From NCBI GenBank assembly GCA_951804945.1, contig OX638159.1, forward strand, positions 6,200,001-6,264,000: a stretch of DNA of 64,000 bases, written 5' to 3'. Each line of letters starts with the position of its first letter. Position 1 is the first letter of the stretch. This document shows, piece after piece, positions 38,001 to 51,528 of this stretch. The notes beneath the pieces were generated by a model that was given only the letters and a program-made list of their open reading frames with translations, made no database searches and was not told where the DNA came from. The DNA comes from Podarcis cretensis. Taxonomy: Eukaryota. Made by a program: the position numbers and the translations under genes.

Positions 38001-40954
38001 ACTCTGATGCTTTAAATAGCCACTCATTAGTATCAAGACAGGTGCAAATGTCGGCTGTGCTTGCTGAGATTTATTGTGGGCTGCTGCCAATTGAGCTGAG
38101 ATGTATGAAAAGTTGGTCTTGTGGTCCACCAAACACTGTCATATTATAAAGCTATTTTGAGCAGTTAAAAGTCACTGCCTTGCCAAGACATTCACATTGA
38201 GGTGTGCGTACACATTCATTCTTTAATCCTGAAGGCCTGAAAGGAAATTACTTATGTGGACATTATGTTAATCACACTCCCTACCTTCCAAACCTGGAAG
38301 TGTTAGAGACTTCGAAAAGAAAAGTCACTTAGCCTCTGGGGGGCTGGTGAGAGAAGGCTGATTAGCTGCCAAAAATATACTAGGAAAAGAACACACAGGA
38401 TTTGTGAGCTAATTTCTATTTTTTATTTATCTTTTAGTTAAATAGAAGATTTAAGAGCTGCCTTGTGCATTTGTACCTATACTGCCAATAGCTTTGGGAT
38501 AGCTCAACACTAGTATAAGCATTAAACGGGTGTTGTTGTTGTTTTAAAAAATACTGGTTACTGGCGGCAAAAGGTACTTAATGCCAAGAGACAGAAGCTG
38601 CAAACCACCAAGTTTCGGTTAGCTGGCTTCTACCTACAGCAGAAATGCTAAGGCCTTTTTCAAAGATATCCAGCTGGACACTGTAAGACTTATATCCTTG
38701 AATTCACACCAGAGGAACTGGAATAGTTTCTGAAAGAGTTCTGAAGTAGAAATGACCATGTTGAAAGATGGCTTGAGCTCAGCTATTAGCAGATGCCAGC
38801 AGCACACAACAAACTGGAGCTACGTGCATTCTTAAGGGATCAGAGCTCTCAAAATGCATCATTTTACTGACTAAAAAAAGGGTTTATTTCCTATAGCCAA
38901 AGTCAGTACTTTAGTATGTGTTTCCTACCTTACTTAACTGGATTTTAAAAGGAGTCATTTTAAATTCTCAACATATTTCATGATTATTATTTTTCAAATA
39001 GCAAAACAGTACACTAGGCATGTCTCAGTGATTCAGAGCAGGAATGTAGCTAGCTGGCAGGGCTGAAGCAGATGAGTGTTGTGGGTTGCACTCAGGAATA
39101 TGGAACAGGAAGTGGCATAATATCCAGGAGGGGAACCAAGAAAGGATATGGGTGGTAGAGCAGTAAGTAGAAATAGGCAAAGGCATTTAGGTGCACCAGG
39201 CAGGTAACTTAAAAAAGGTCAGATGGGAGGAACGCAACCTGAAAGAGCCCATTAGAAGACAACAAAAGTGATAAAGGAGCAGCCCATAATTTGCATATAA
39301 TAGAAATAGGGGGAAAATAGCAGGGCAGGGAGTGCCATAATTTCACTGTAACATTGTCAACTGTCCCTGATGGAAGCAAATTCAATTGGAAATTATTCAG
39401 TCTCTCATTATTTGCAGACAAACCAAAGGACTTTTTTTGTTGTTCTTTTCCCCTGATGCATGCTATGCCAAAAGCAATTGAGGGCAACCAGATAACCTGA
39501 AAATGAGCTATTAATATTCTGGCCATTCAGCATTTTCAGAGGGGTCTGCAGAGCACACCTGCTGTGCTTTGAGGAAGCAAAGATGGCAAGCAGCCAGTTT
39601 TGGGGGGTTTGTCTGTTTTTTTGAAAGCTAGAGATGTTGATTTGTGACTACATGTAAATAAACAACATTATCTAAATCCGAGCTAAGTGAGTGACTGCTC
39701 GAAACATGGTAGATGTTTCCAAATCTCCCATGAGTTTGTATCCTGAATGTGACTGGTCATGCTGCCACCACACACATAACTAGGCTTTTTCCATGCTCTG
39801 GAAATCTGGAAGAGCGGTTTGTGGAATGTGGGTATAGTGGAGGGGAAAAGGTACTGCACTGCACACTTGGCACTAAAACACAGAAGGATTTGAGGCCAAA
39901 GGTAATCTAAATTTTGCACCAAGAAAATCTCAATTCTCAACAAATTATGCAAATGAAGAAATGCTGCATCATTTATTCTACCATTTTTGCTAGTTTGCAT
40001 AATTATTTTGTAGGCATGGGGAGCATTGAGCCCATTCCTCTGCTGTTGAGAATCTTGTTCAGGCATTTTTCAGGCTTCTGGGTTTCAGTGTGCATTATTC
40101 ACACACTTTTGAGTATACACTCACAGCCACAAGTGCTAGAATCTGGTTATGTAAACAAACAAAAGAAAACCAAGGTTCCCTGGAGGCTGAATTCTCCATC
40201 CATATCCAAATCGTGCAGCTTTCCAGAGCTCTCATTGAATTGCAGAATACACACAACCCTGCGAAGGGCAGCTTGAAGATACATGTATTTTGTTTCAAAC
40301 ACGTTTACAGATGAGACAGCAGATGAGGGGAAAAGTGGTGAACTGATTCAGCAAGGAAAATGGCTAAGCACATGTACGAACTTCTGAGCTAGGAGCAAGG
40401 AAAACAAGAAAGGAGGGCATCGCGACAGGACGCTTCCTGGCTTGCTAGTTGCCGTACAAAGGGAGATTCAGAAGCACAGCCTCCTGATTGCTGGAAGTAA
40501 TTAGAATTTTATGTCTGCTGACCTCTGGAGTCATTGAAGGGGCAGTGGCATTTCTTCCATCTCTGCTGGCTGCCCTTTCCCCCAAACCACTTTTCTGGCT
40601 ATGATAGGCTTCTGTAGCCACAATGGGTGTATTTGGTAGAGTTCTTGGCATTTGATGGCCTCAGGATATCTCTAATGCACTAGTTCCTCCCTGAAAGGCT
40701 ACAACTGCCCTGTCTGTCTTTTGAGCTCAGTTCAACTGAAATGGAACAGAATACAAGTGGTTGATGACAGTGGCGGTGATGGTGGGATCCAACAGAAGGA
40801 ATGGGTAGGGCAACAGGAACAACAACAAGAAGAACAAAACCTGATTTGTCTCCAAACCCAGTCAAATTTCATAGATCTCTTAGGAAAATCTTGCCGATTT
40901 GCCCCAATGGCCAGCCCACTCTGAACTGCTAATTTAGGCAATTTAGCACTTTCA

Positions 40955-41356
<402 letters not shown>

Positions 41357-41884
41357 TCATCCGATAGCCAGACTTTAAGCACTGTAAGTTCTGAAGCTGA
41401 ACCTCACTGGCCTGGCATGGACAATCATTCAAAGTTGCATTAGCTTCAGGGCTGAGCACTCTTCCTTTCACCCTGCACTGGCTTTGGCATGAAGGTCTTG
41501 TTTTTTATTAAGTCAGAGCTCCCTGTTATGTCCTAGCCAAGGAACTCTGAGTTAATGTTGTCAGCTAACACAAACCAGGGTAATAAGCCAGGATCATATC
41601 ATCCTTCAGCTCAGAAGGAGAACTCCAGCTTAATACAAAGCAGGATTTTCGCAAACACTCCACACCCCCTTCATAAACCATGGTTTATGTAGCTCTGCAC
41701 AATCATCTGAACAGGACATATAATTTCAAACCCACACATGTCACTGCTAGTCCTGTCTTCTACTGTTCACATCTAAGCAGAGACAGCAGTTAAGAAAATT
41801 CAGTGAATTTCTCTCTTGAAAGCATAACTCTTTATATTGTTTTCAATATGAGCAATGGCAATTCTGGCATCTTATTGCACACTA

Positions 41885-42245
41885 GGTAAAGGTAAAGGTA
41901 CCCCTGCCTGTACGGGCCAGTCTTGACAGACTCTGGGGTTGTGCGCCCATCTCACTTAAGAGGCCAGGGGCCAGCGCTGTCCGGAGACACTTCCGGGTCA
42001 CGTGGCCAGCGTGACATCGCTGCTCTGGCGAGCCAGAGCCGCACATGGAAACGCCGTTTACCTTCCCGCTGGTAAGCGGTCCCTATTTATCTACTTGCAC
42101 CCGGAGGTGCTTTCGAACTGCTAGGTTGGCAGGCGCTGGGACCGAGCAGCGGGAGCGCACCCCGCCGCAGGGATTCGAACCGCCGACCTTTCGATCGGCA
42201 AGCCCTAGGCGCTGAGGCTTTAACCCACAGCGCCACCTGCGTCCC
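41885..42245 (-). mobile_element. Sauria SINE, young subfamily (TLE1 intron 15)
   Basis: Near-identical to 7588-7933 and 47354-47721; 12-bp TSD tattgcacacta. Confidence 0.93.
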
Positions 42246-43644
42246 TATTGCACACTAAGTATAGCAAAAAGAACCCGATCCAAGATACGTGTTTGTTTGT
42301 TTTCTAACAGTGTGGTGCAGTGCTAAAGAAATCACTTTGGACAAAATCAGTGTGCCCCCGTTGGTTACGGAAGCTCTCTTTGATAATTAATATCCCAAGT
42401 TCCTAAGAACACCTGTTGCTGAAAAGCTTGGGGTGGGGGACTGAAGGAATGGAAAACCCCAGGCTCCAGCTATTTCAGGTTTTAGTCCATAAATGCAGCA
42501 GTTGCCATTATGCTCATTTTCAGTAGTCACATTAAGAGTGGTAAAAATTCTGAAGCAGCCAAGAGGATAAAACTAGTAACAAATCATGCAGTGCTAGTAA
42601 GGAGAAAGCAATTATTTTTGTGTTTCTTTGTGCTGCACTTCTCTTAATTCAACAGAGCCAAATTCTGTCATGGCAAGAGACTGTTCTTTTCTGAAGTATA
42701 GGACTTGGCTTGAACACACCCATTAAAAACTACCATCAACATTACTGTTTTCATAGAGCTTCATGGAGTCAGGTTCAACTCTCTGGTTCTGTTAGCAGAA
42801 GCCCATGCAAATACTCCCACTAGGGCTGTTTCCCCTTCCCCTGTGCAACCCCCCCCCCCAAAAAAAATAAATAAATCAGGAGAAGCTCCAGAACAGCATG
42901 CAAAGAGGAAGAACAGTCTTCAACCATGGAGCCTCCAACACAATAGTGTTCCAAAATGCACCTTGAGAGTAAGGCCCTTTTATAATATATTTATCAACCT
43001 TATGAAAGGTTCCTAAAATATTAACGATAAAAGTTAAGTATTTGGTACAAATGCCACATTTGTTAAGCCACTCCATCACCATTTTACATCTGGCAAACAG
43101 TTCACCTAAGATCAGCCTGAGTGATCCATAACACAATCAAAGTTAAACTGAGGATTTGCTGCCCCATAAGAGTTTCACTTCTTCACTGCCCGCTTTCTGG
43201 GGGTACAAAATTGTAAAGGCTGCAAAATGGGTGCCAAAATCAACAAGGGAAAATGAAGCAGCTGTAGAAGATGGGCACTGGTTCTTGCGAGGCTTGTGAG
43301 CAAGAAACCAGTTCTATCTGCCATTCCCATGTAGAAGCAAAGGAGAGATAGGGAACCTTTCTTTGCCTGAAACTGCTTGCTCTTCGGGGCAAACTTCAGG
43401 GGGCTACCTGGGCAGGGCCAAAGGCCAGAGTGGGTGAAACAATAAATGTAAATTTTATGTTTTTCAGTAGGCTTGTTTATACACCCACCCTTACCTCTCT
43501 GAGCTCCAACTAAGAAAACAAGGTTCAGGGCCCAACAGGTATTTGATCCTTGCCTTGGTTTCTCTATAGCTCCATTGTTGAGCTTTTATTACTTACTGTT
43601 TAAAACATTTAACTTTCATTTTTTACTTAGGGATCCTTTTAGGG

Positions 43645-43782
43645 CAGTGGTTCTCAACCTGTGGGTCCCCAGAGGTTGTTGGACTACAACTCCCATCATC
43701 CCTGAGCTCTGGCCTTGCTAGCTAGAAGTGATGGGAGTTGTAGTTCAACAACATCTGTGGACCCACAGGTTGAGAAAGGCTG
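43645..43782. mobile_element. hAT-type palindromic MITE (TLE1 intron 15)
   Basis: cagtggttctcaacctgtgggtcc ... ggacccacaggttgagaaaggctg; perfect 8-bp TSD ttttaggg. Confidence 0.9.
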
Positions 43783-43803
43783 TTTTAGGGGGTTCAGATG
43801 TTA

Positions 43804-44175
<372 letters not shown>

Positions 44176-44493
44176 CTATTTCAGTTACTAAATCATAACT
44201 GTGTACCAGTTCACACTTGCAAGCAGAGTAGATGTTGTGGAGCAGCTCAAAGAAAGCTCATCACTTGTGCAATGCCGGTGACATGCCTTCTTTCCACACA
44301 ACTGCCACCTGGCTTGGGAAATAGCCACGTGGGCACAGTTTTGATGCAATGTTGTATTTGCAAAGTGAAAATGTATTTTTAGTTCCTTGACTCCCCCAGC
44401 AATTCACACATATCAATTCCTGAGTGCAAAACGCAAATCAACATGAACAGATGCCTAAATTTATCTGGAGAAATGCTGTCCTGACCTTTCAAT

Positions 44494-44662
44494 GTACAGC
44501 ATCTGCCTGGCATGCAGAAGATCCCTGGGCTCAACCTCTGGCATCTCTAGGTAGGGCTGGGAATGTACCTTGTCTGAAGCCCTGGAGAGGCTCTGTCAGT
44601 CTGTGTAAACAACACTGAGCTAGATGGACTAGTGGTTTGAGGCAATAGAAGGCAGCTTCCCA
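44494..44662 (+). mobile_element. old tRNA-derived SINE (Squam3-like)
   Basis: gcatgcagaag.tccc..ttcaa..ggcatctc head and acactgagctagatggac..aaggcagcttcc tail. Confidence 0.65.
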
Positions 44663-45652
44663 CGCTCTTGTGATCAGATAGATTGAATAATGGCTTCAGC
44701 GCTTAAAGATTACTTATTGTGGCCCTACAACATCTCCCCTGCCCTCTGAAAAAGGTCCTTGGCCATTCAGTGATTCACAGCAGATGCCAACACTAGATGA
44801 TTTATAAGAAGGCATGGCTATTCAAGGGAGAGAGGGAGGAATCAATGCATTCACTTGCTTAGAGGCCCGAAGCACATCACATGAACCAAGGGAAGTAAAA
44901 TAGGAAATAAAGTGCTCTCCTCATCCACCTCGTACTTTCACTTACTGCTAGTTACCCATTTGCTAGATTCTCTGTAGGGCTTAAAATATTGATTATGCAA
45001 TTTAGTTAGTCTGCGCTCCCTTTTTTTTTTTAAAAAAAAGGGGAAACTCAGCCAGGGAACTATCACCATCAACATATAACCGAAATTAGTTTCCCTCTCT
45101 CGACACACTGCCTGAAGACTTTTGAACTACCTGGTCAAGTAAGACACATTGGCCTCATTCAGACCTAACAATTGCAGTTTAATCCATGGCCTATTAGACA
45201 GAAGGAGTGGTGGGCTATGCACTCCCTCCTCCACAGTGGCACTGAAGCTGGGCACATAAAAGGATGAGAAGAGAGGGAGTGAAGATAGAGTGCCTGAGCA
45301 CAAATCTCATTCTCAGTCTATGGTGTGTGGGGTCACACTAATAAACTATGGTTCATTAGCCCAATATTGTTATATCGGAAGATCAGCATGACCATATACC
45401 ATTTTCACTATCCAGATATGCACAAGTTAGGAAGCTGTGAGATCACACTGATTACTACTTTGTATGGAGGTGAAATTACAAAAGGCTGCACCAGAATAAA
45501 CCACAACTACAACTAGACGGAAAGATGGAAATAAACTAGAAGTTTAGAAGAAAACTCTTTTGTAAAGAAAAGTGGCTACAGCCTTGATGTCCAAAAGGCA
45601 GTCTGGGATCTCTTGCATGAAAAATAATTTGGGAAGTAGTACCTCAAAGAAC

Positions 45653-46520
45653 TTCATCATGCGAAAGGCTGGGCAAGGCTGGGCTGGATGAATCCCAAGC
45701 CGGAATTAAGATCGCCGGAAGAAATATCAACAACCTCAGATATGCAGATGATACAACCTTGATGGCAGAAAGTGAAGAGGAATTAAAGAACCTTTTAATG
45801 AGGGTGAAAGAGGAGAGCGCAAAATATGGTCTGAAGCTCAACATCAAAAAAACGAAGATCATGGCCACTGGGCCCATCACCTCCTGGCAAATAGAAGGGG
45901 AAGAAATGGAGGCAGTGAGAGATTTTACTTTCTTGGGCTCCATGATCACTGCAGATGGTGACAGCAGTCACGAAATTAAAAGATGCCTGCTCCTTGGGAG
46001 AAAGGCGATGGCAAACCTAGACAGCATCTTAAAAAGCAGAGACGTCACCTTGCCAACAAAGGTCCGTATAGTTAAAGCCATGGTTTCCCCAGTAGTGATG
46101 TATGGAAGTGAGAGCTGGACCATAAAGAAGGCTGATCGCTGAATAATTGATGCTTTTGAATTATGGTGCTGGAGGAGACTCTTGAGAGTCCCATGGACTG
46201 CAAGAAGATCAAACGCATCCATTCTTAAGGAAATCAGCCCTGAGTGGTCACTGGAAGGACAGATCATGAAGCTGAGGCTTCAATACTTTGGCCACCTCAT
46301 GAGAAGAGAAGACTCCCTAGAAAAGACCCTGATGTTGGGAAAGATTGAGGGCACAAGGAGAAGGGGACGACAGAGGACAAGATGGTTGGACAGTGTTCTC
46401 GAAGCCACAAACATGAGTCTGACCAAACTGCAGGAGGCAGTGGAAGACAGGAGTGCCTGGCGTGCTCTGGTCCATGGGGTCACGAAGAGTCGGACACGAC
46501 TAAACGACTAAACAACAACA
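45653..46520 (+). mobile_element. Bov-B (RTE) LINE, 5'-truncated (TLE1 intron 14, antisense to gene)
   Basis: NLRYADDTTLMAESEEEL RT motif through C-terminus with one in-frame TGA (46140-46142); (CAA)n tail; 12-bp TSD acctcaaagaac (45641-45652, 46521-46532). Confidence 0.95.
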
Positions 46521-47353
46521 ACCTCAAAGAACAAAAGAGCAGTGATATGAGCTGGAAAAAAATGTAAGTGCTTTAATTTTCCATGTTCATTAGTAATGAT
46601 AAATAAATACTGAAAATTGAATGCAAGGCAAGCTTGAACAGTTTCAAAGTTTTTAGCTTTGCTTACTAAATAAAAGTAAAATAAACACGCTAAATTAGAG
46701 CACTCTCTAGGGCATCAGTTACTTTTCTAATGTGAACTGTACATGTTCCATGCAAAGAATACTATGCAAATTAACCTAATTTGCACTGCAATTTTTCCAG
46801 TTCAAATTTTCTCCAGAAAACTCACACCACTGTACAGAAGGACACCTAACTTTTTAGGTCAGTTTACAATTGACCAAAGCCACTACAACTCTTATCCTAT
46901 GCATGCTGACTTTTTACCTTTACCGTTTTATACATGATGACTTGGAAGTTTCACTGTGTACAAGGATTACTATATAAAATGGCAAGCAGTAGAAAGGAGA
47001 CTATATTTTTGAAAAGAAGCTTACAGTATGTTTGGATGTTAATGCTACACATCAGCACAGCAAGCGTGATCCCCATGCTTCTAGCATTTGCATACATCAT
47101 TAATGCCCAAAAGTCAACCTCAGGATTTTAAAGACAAGTAGCCTTTAACAAGGGCCAGGCTATTTAAAAAAAAAGTTGTGGGCCTTACATTCTGTTAACA
47201 TGTTGTCAGGTGGTAGAGGAGAAACAGGAAGCAGTTGTCCAGAGGGAGTTCTTTCAATAGCAGCAGAATGGAAAACAAGAGTGTGTTCCTAAGAGGCTGA
47301 TTTCTTTTTAAAAAACCAGCAACCAATTCTATTCTAATTGTCATCAGCCTGTA

Positions 47354-47721
47354 AAAAGGTAAAGGTAAAGGTACCCCTGCCCGTACGGGCCAGTCTTGAC
47401 AGACTCTGAGGTTGTGCGCCCATCTCACTTAAGAGGCCAGGGGCCAGCGCTGTCCGGAGACACTTCCGGGTCACGTGGCCAGCGTGACATCGCTGCTCTG
47501 GCGAGCCAGAGCCGCACACGGAAACACCGTTTACCTTCCCGCTGGTAAGCGGTCCCTATTTATCTACTTGCACCCGGAGGTGCTTTCGAACTGCTAGGTT
47601 GGCAGGCGCTGGGACCGAGCAGCGGGAGCGCACCCCGCCGCAGGGATTCGAACCGCCGACCTTTCGATCGGCAAGTCCTAGGCGCTGAGGCTTTAACCCA
47701 CAGCGCCACCTGCGTCCCACA
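47354..47721 (-). mobile_element. Sauria SINE, young subfamily (TLE1 intron 14)
   Basis: Near-identical to other young copies; 12-bp TSD catcagcctgta. Confidence 0.93.
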
Positions 47722-50064
47722 CATCAGCCTGTAGAAAAATGCTATTTTCAGGAAAGACAGAACTAGCACACAAGGCTTTAAAACAAACCCAAACATAAGG
47801 CAACACACAACTTGCTCCGGGTATGGAATAATAGAGCACCAGTCAGCTGAGACACGGAGGGAGTTGCAGTTATTTGTTTGGGAGGGGAATGGAAATCTCC
47901 CCCCTACTAAGAAAAGGATACACAGCAAGGACGCTGCATCCCATTTACAAAATAAATTCAATGTGACATCTCGATTTGTGTGCCTGAAAGAAGCAAGCTT
48001 TTCTGACTGAAGCTGAAAACTCTCCTGCTGTCAATATGAATCTGTGGCAGACGGTGCATTATCTGTACTCCTACACCAGAAATTTTCAATAGACTTATCT
48101 ATCACAGATAAGGATATGCCATCCGAAAGTTGCTATGGGTAACTGAAGGCGTCCCGCTGCCTTGGGGTGATCAGGCGTAGCGTCAGCCTCGTTTCAAAGG
48201 CAAATAATGAAAGGAGATCAGCTCAGCACCTAGGATTTTCAAAGTTTATCTTGTCTATTTATATAGTACGCACAGGCTAAGATGGAAGCTGCGTCCAGCG
48301 AAGAGAAAGAGAGAGAGGGGAGGGGAGTAGAACTAGGGAGTAGAACTATGGAGTATTGTTTTTAAATAAATTCTAAGAAACATGGGCCAAACAATAACAG
48401 CCACTGGGTTATTGAACTGTTCAGGACACCAAAGGTCCTTAGCTTCATATTGCTGTTGGTTTTAGTTTTTTAGCACCTGACATTTTGCAAGCATGCAATT
48501 TAAACAATCACAACAAATTATCCTGGTCTATTAGGGCAAGAGGGGCACTGCCCACCCTAAAGCCTCAAAGCCTCTCTGTTCTGTACATTCATATTTGATA
48601 CAGTACCTCACATTACAAGACGCTCTGGACATGCTTCATCTCCTGTGCTGGCCAATCACATCTCTGGGCGGCACAGCCAATCACAATCACCTCTATGCCC
48701 CATTCCTGTCTCCAGGAGTGGAGAATTTCAATGGGAGTACCAGGGAACCCCTCTGAACCTCCATGTTGATTTTGTTTCTTGGGGAATTTATGCTCGTCAA
48801 TCCAATTCCCTCAGAAACACCCTGGCAGTGCCCCAGCATTGGGGCAGAGCTGGCGGGAGCCTCTCCACCCAGTCAGGTGCATGTCTTTGCAAGCCTGTGT
48901 TCCATTAAATCCAATCCAAAATCAGGATACTGCCAGATATAAGACTTTTTTATTTTGTTTCCCCCCTATTTATCAGTATTATGCTTATATCCATCCCACC
49001 TTTCCTCCAAGGTGCTGAAAGTAGCATACATGGGTCATCTTTCACCTCATGCTTTCCTCACAGTAGCCCTGTGAAGCAGTTTAGGCTGAGAGACAATGAA
49101 TGGTGCAATGTCACACAGGGAGTTTCACAGCTGATTTTAACCCTTGGATCCCAGGTCTCAGTCCACTTTATGTCTCTCCATTCCACATTTGGGGTGGTGA
49201 GGAATGCACAATAGTTCCCCATAGATCTGTTCCCCTGTTAACAATCCCGTGTGGCACTTTTAAGATAAACCACTTGAGGCTGCAATCCTATGAATACCTA
49301 GCAGGGAGCGAAGTCATGGAATCCAGTGTGGTTTACTTCTAAGAAATGCATAGCTTCTTTGGCATGAACCCACACAAGAAATTGAAAATTTAGTGAAGTA
49401 CTATTTCTAAGACTATAATGCCAAAGTGTCCACAGTAGCATTGCAAGGGATGGGGATGGGGAAAACCCCCCAACGACCAGGCTATTCCTCTAGGTCTAGT
49501 GGGCATCAGCTGCCACTGCTCTGAATAACCACACAGGCCAGAAAATAAAGAAGTAGAAGCTCTCAAAATCTACATGCAAACGCCACGAATGGCATGGAAT
49601 GCACAGCCATGTTTACATGCAAGCGAGAAGTACAGATTCCCATTTTAATGTTTCCTAAAAATTAAATAAATCTTCAGATCATACTAAAATTAGAAACAGG
49701 AATTCCTATCTTCACAGGGGAGGTTTTCAGATTAAAAACAAATCAAAACAAGGACATGTTTTCTTTATTCCACCCAAGTACTAAATTCCTCCTCAGCAGT
49801 CTGGTGAGGCAAAGTTCTAGGAAAAGAGAAGCAGATCTTGCCAATTGCTTCTAACATGCCAACGAAATGGCATGCGCTAGTAATAAAAACAGTATGAAAA
49901 TGCTATTGGTGATTGTATTTTGAACATCCTTATCAGCAGCTGGCTGTAACCTTTCTGGAAAATTCCACGTACCTTCCCCTGTGGAACTGTCATGTGTTGA
50001 CAAAAGGTAAACAGAATGAGCTCTGGCTGATTTAGACTTAGTTATGCTGTCAGACTTTACTTAC

Positions 50065-50141
50065 GGTTTTCCTCCAGGGATTCCAGTCAGATTTGGAGGG
50101 ATGCCGGGTACTCTCATATGAGGAGGAGGATCGAATCCAAC
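50065..50141 (-). CDS. TLE1: TLE1 exon 14 (77 nt)
   Basis: taccag|GTTGGA...AAACC|gtaagt; VGFDPPPHMRVPGIPPNLTGIPGGKP. Confidence 0.95.
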
Positions 50142-51078
50142 CTGGTAATGAGCAAATAGATGTCTCAGAACTCGCTGACCATTTAGAAAACACACTTTCC
50201 CCATTGGCTGCACCAGAACAAAAAGCATTTGCATTCCATAGCCACTGAGCATGCTCAGCCTTTGCTGGGCTGTTCTGCAAATCTCCTGCCCCTCCTTCTG
50301 TTTTTGTTTTTGTTTTGTGCAAACTTGCTTATACTTCTCCCTTCTGCATGGCTGCTGCCATTTTGGCTACATAAACAATGGCTCTCACAGCATGAAGCTC
50401 AAGAAAGACAGGCATTAATTTTATACCTCATGTGAATGTAACAATGAAATGGCTTGTTCAAAACCCACGTTAACCAGACATGTGGGCCTGTTTATCATTG
50501 GCCAAGGTAAATAGGTAAATTATATTCGTGCATGCCTCATTTTGTAGACAAATCATGCATACAATGAAGTACATCAAAGCCTTGATCAACTTTACTGTAT
50601 TGATTTTATTTGCAGTAAATATCAACACTTTTGAATTTATAATTCCTTTGTAGTGATGATGAGAATGTGGATTTTTGTTATAAACAAAACAATTTAATAA
50701 TGAATGATATTGTGCACCACAAAAAGTAAGTGTGTGTGTTCAAAGGTTATAGACAAGACATACGTCTAAAGCATGTTTCTGAAGGCCTTGAAAAACCACA
50801 TATTGGCTTCATTTGGACATAATGGGAGATCTGTAGTGAGTTTGGAACATTTGTGCTTCCCCTTCCTCCTCTGGTGTGGCATGGGGTGTTTGGAAGCTTT
50901 CTCTTTTTCTAGACTTAACTGCAGTTTGCTATGTCATCTGAACCTTGACCAACAGCGGTTGTGGTTGATAGTCAGTTGAAGTAAGCCAATGTCTAGTCAA
51001 AGTTTATGACAGAGGACACCAATCAAATGCCTGTGGGTGCCATTATGCTCATGACGACTTCCAGAGGTGTCCCAGACT

Positions 51079-51079
51079 C

Positions 51080-51122
<43 letters not shown>

Positions 51123-51123
51123 C
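51079..51123. repeat. (TTA)n microsatellite
   Basis: ~14 units immediately 5' of a Sauria SINE. Confidence 0.95.
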
Positions 51124-51124
51124 T

Positions 51125-51528
51125 GGGACATGGGTGGCGCTGTGGTCTAAACCACTGAGCCTACGGCTTGTCAGTCGGAAGGTCAGTGGTTCGAATCCCC
51201 ATGATGGGGTGAGCTCCCGTTGTTCAGTCCCAGCTCCTGCCAACCTAGCAGTTTGAAAGCACGTCAAAGTGCAAGTAGATAAATAGGTACTGCTCTGGCA
51301 TTCCAGGTAAACGGCGTTCCAGGTAAACAGCATTCCAGGTAAACAGCGTTCCCATGCACTGCTCTGGTTTCGCCAGAAGCAGCTTAGTCATGCTGGCCAC
51401 ATGACCCGGAAAAACTGTCTGCGGACAAACGTTGGCTCCCTCAGCCAGTAAAGCGAGATGAGCACTGCAACCCCAGAGTCGTTCGCGACTGGACTTAACT
51501 GTCAGGTGTCCTTTACCTTTACCTTTTT
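51125..51528 (+). mobile_element. Sauria SINE, older subfamily (TLE1 intron 13)
   Basis: gggacatgggtggcgctgtgg head, ggttcgaatccc B-box, cctttacctttacc tail. Confidence 0.9.
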
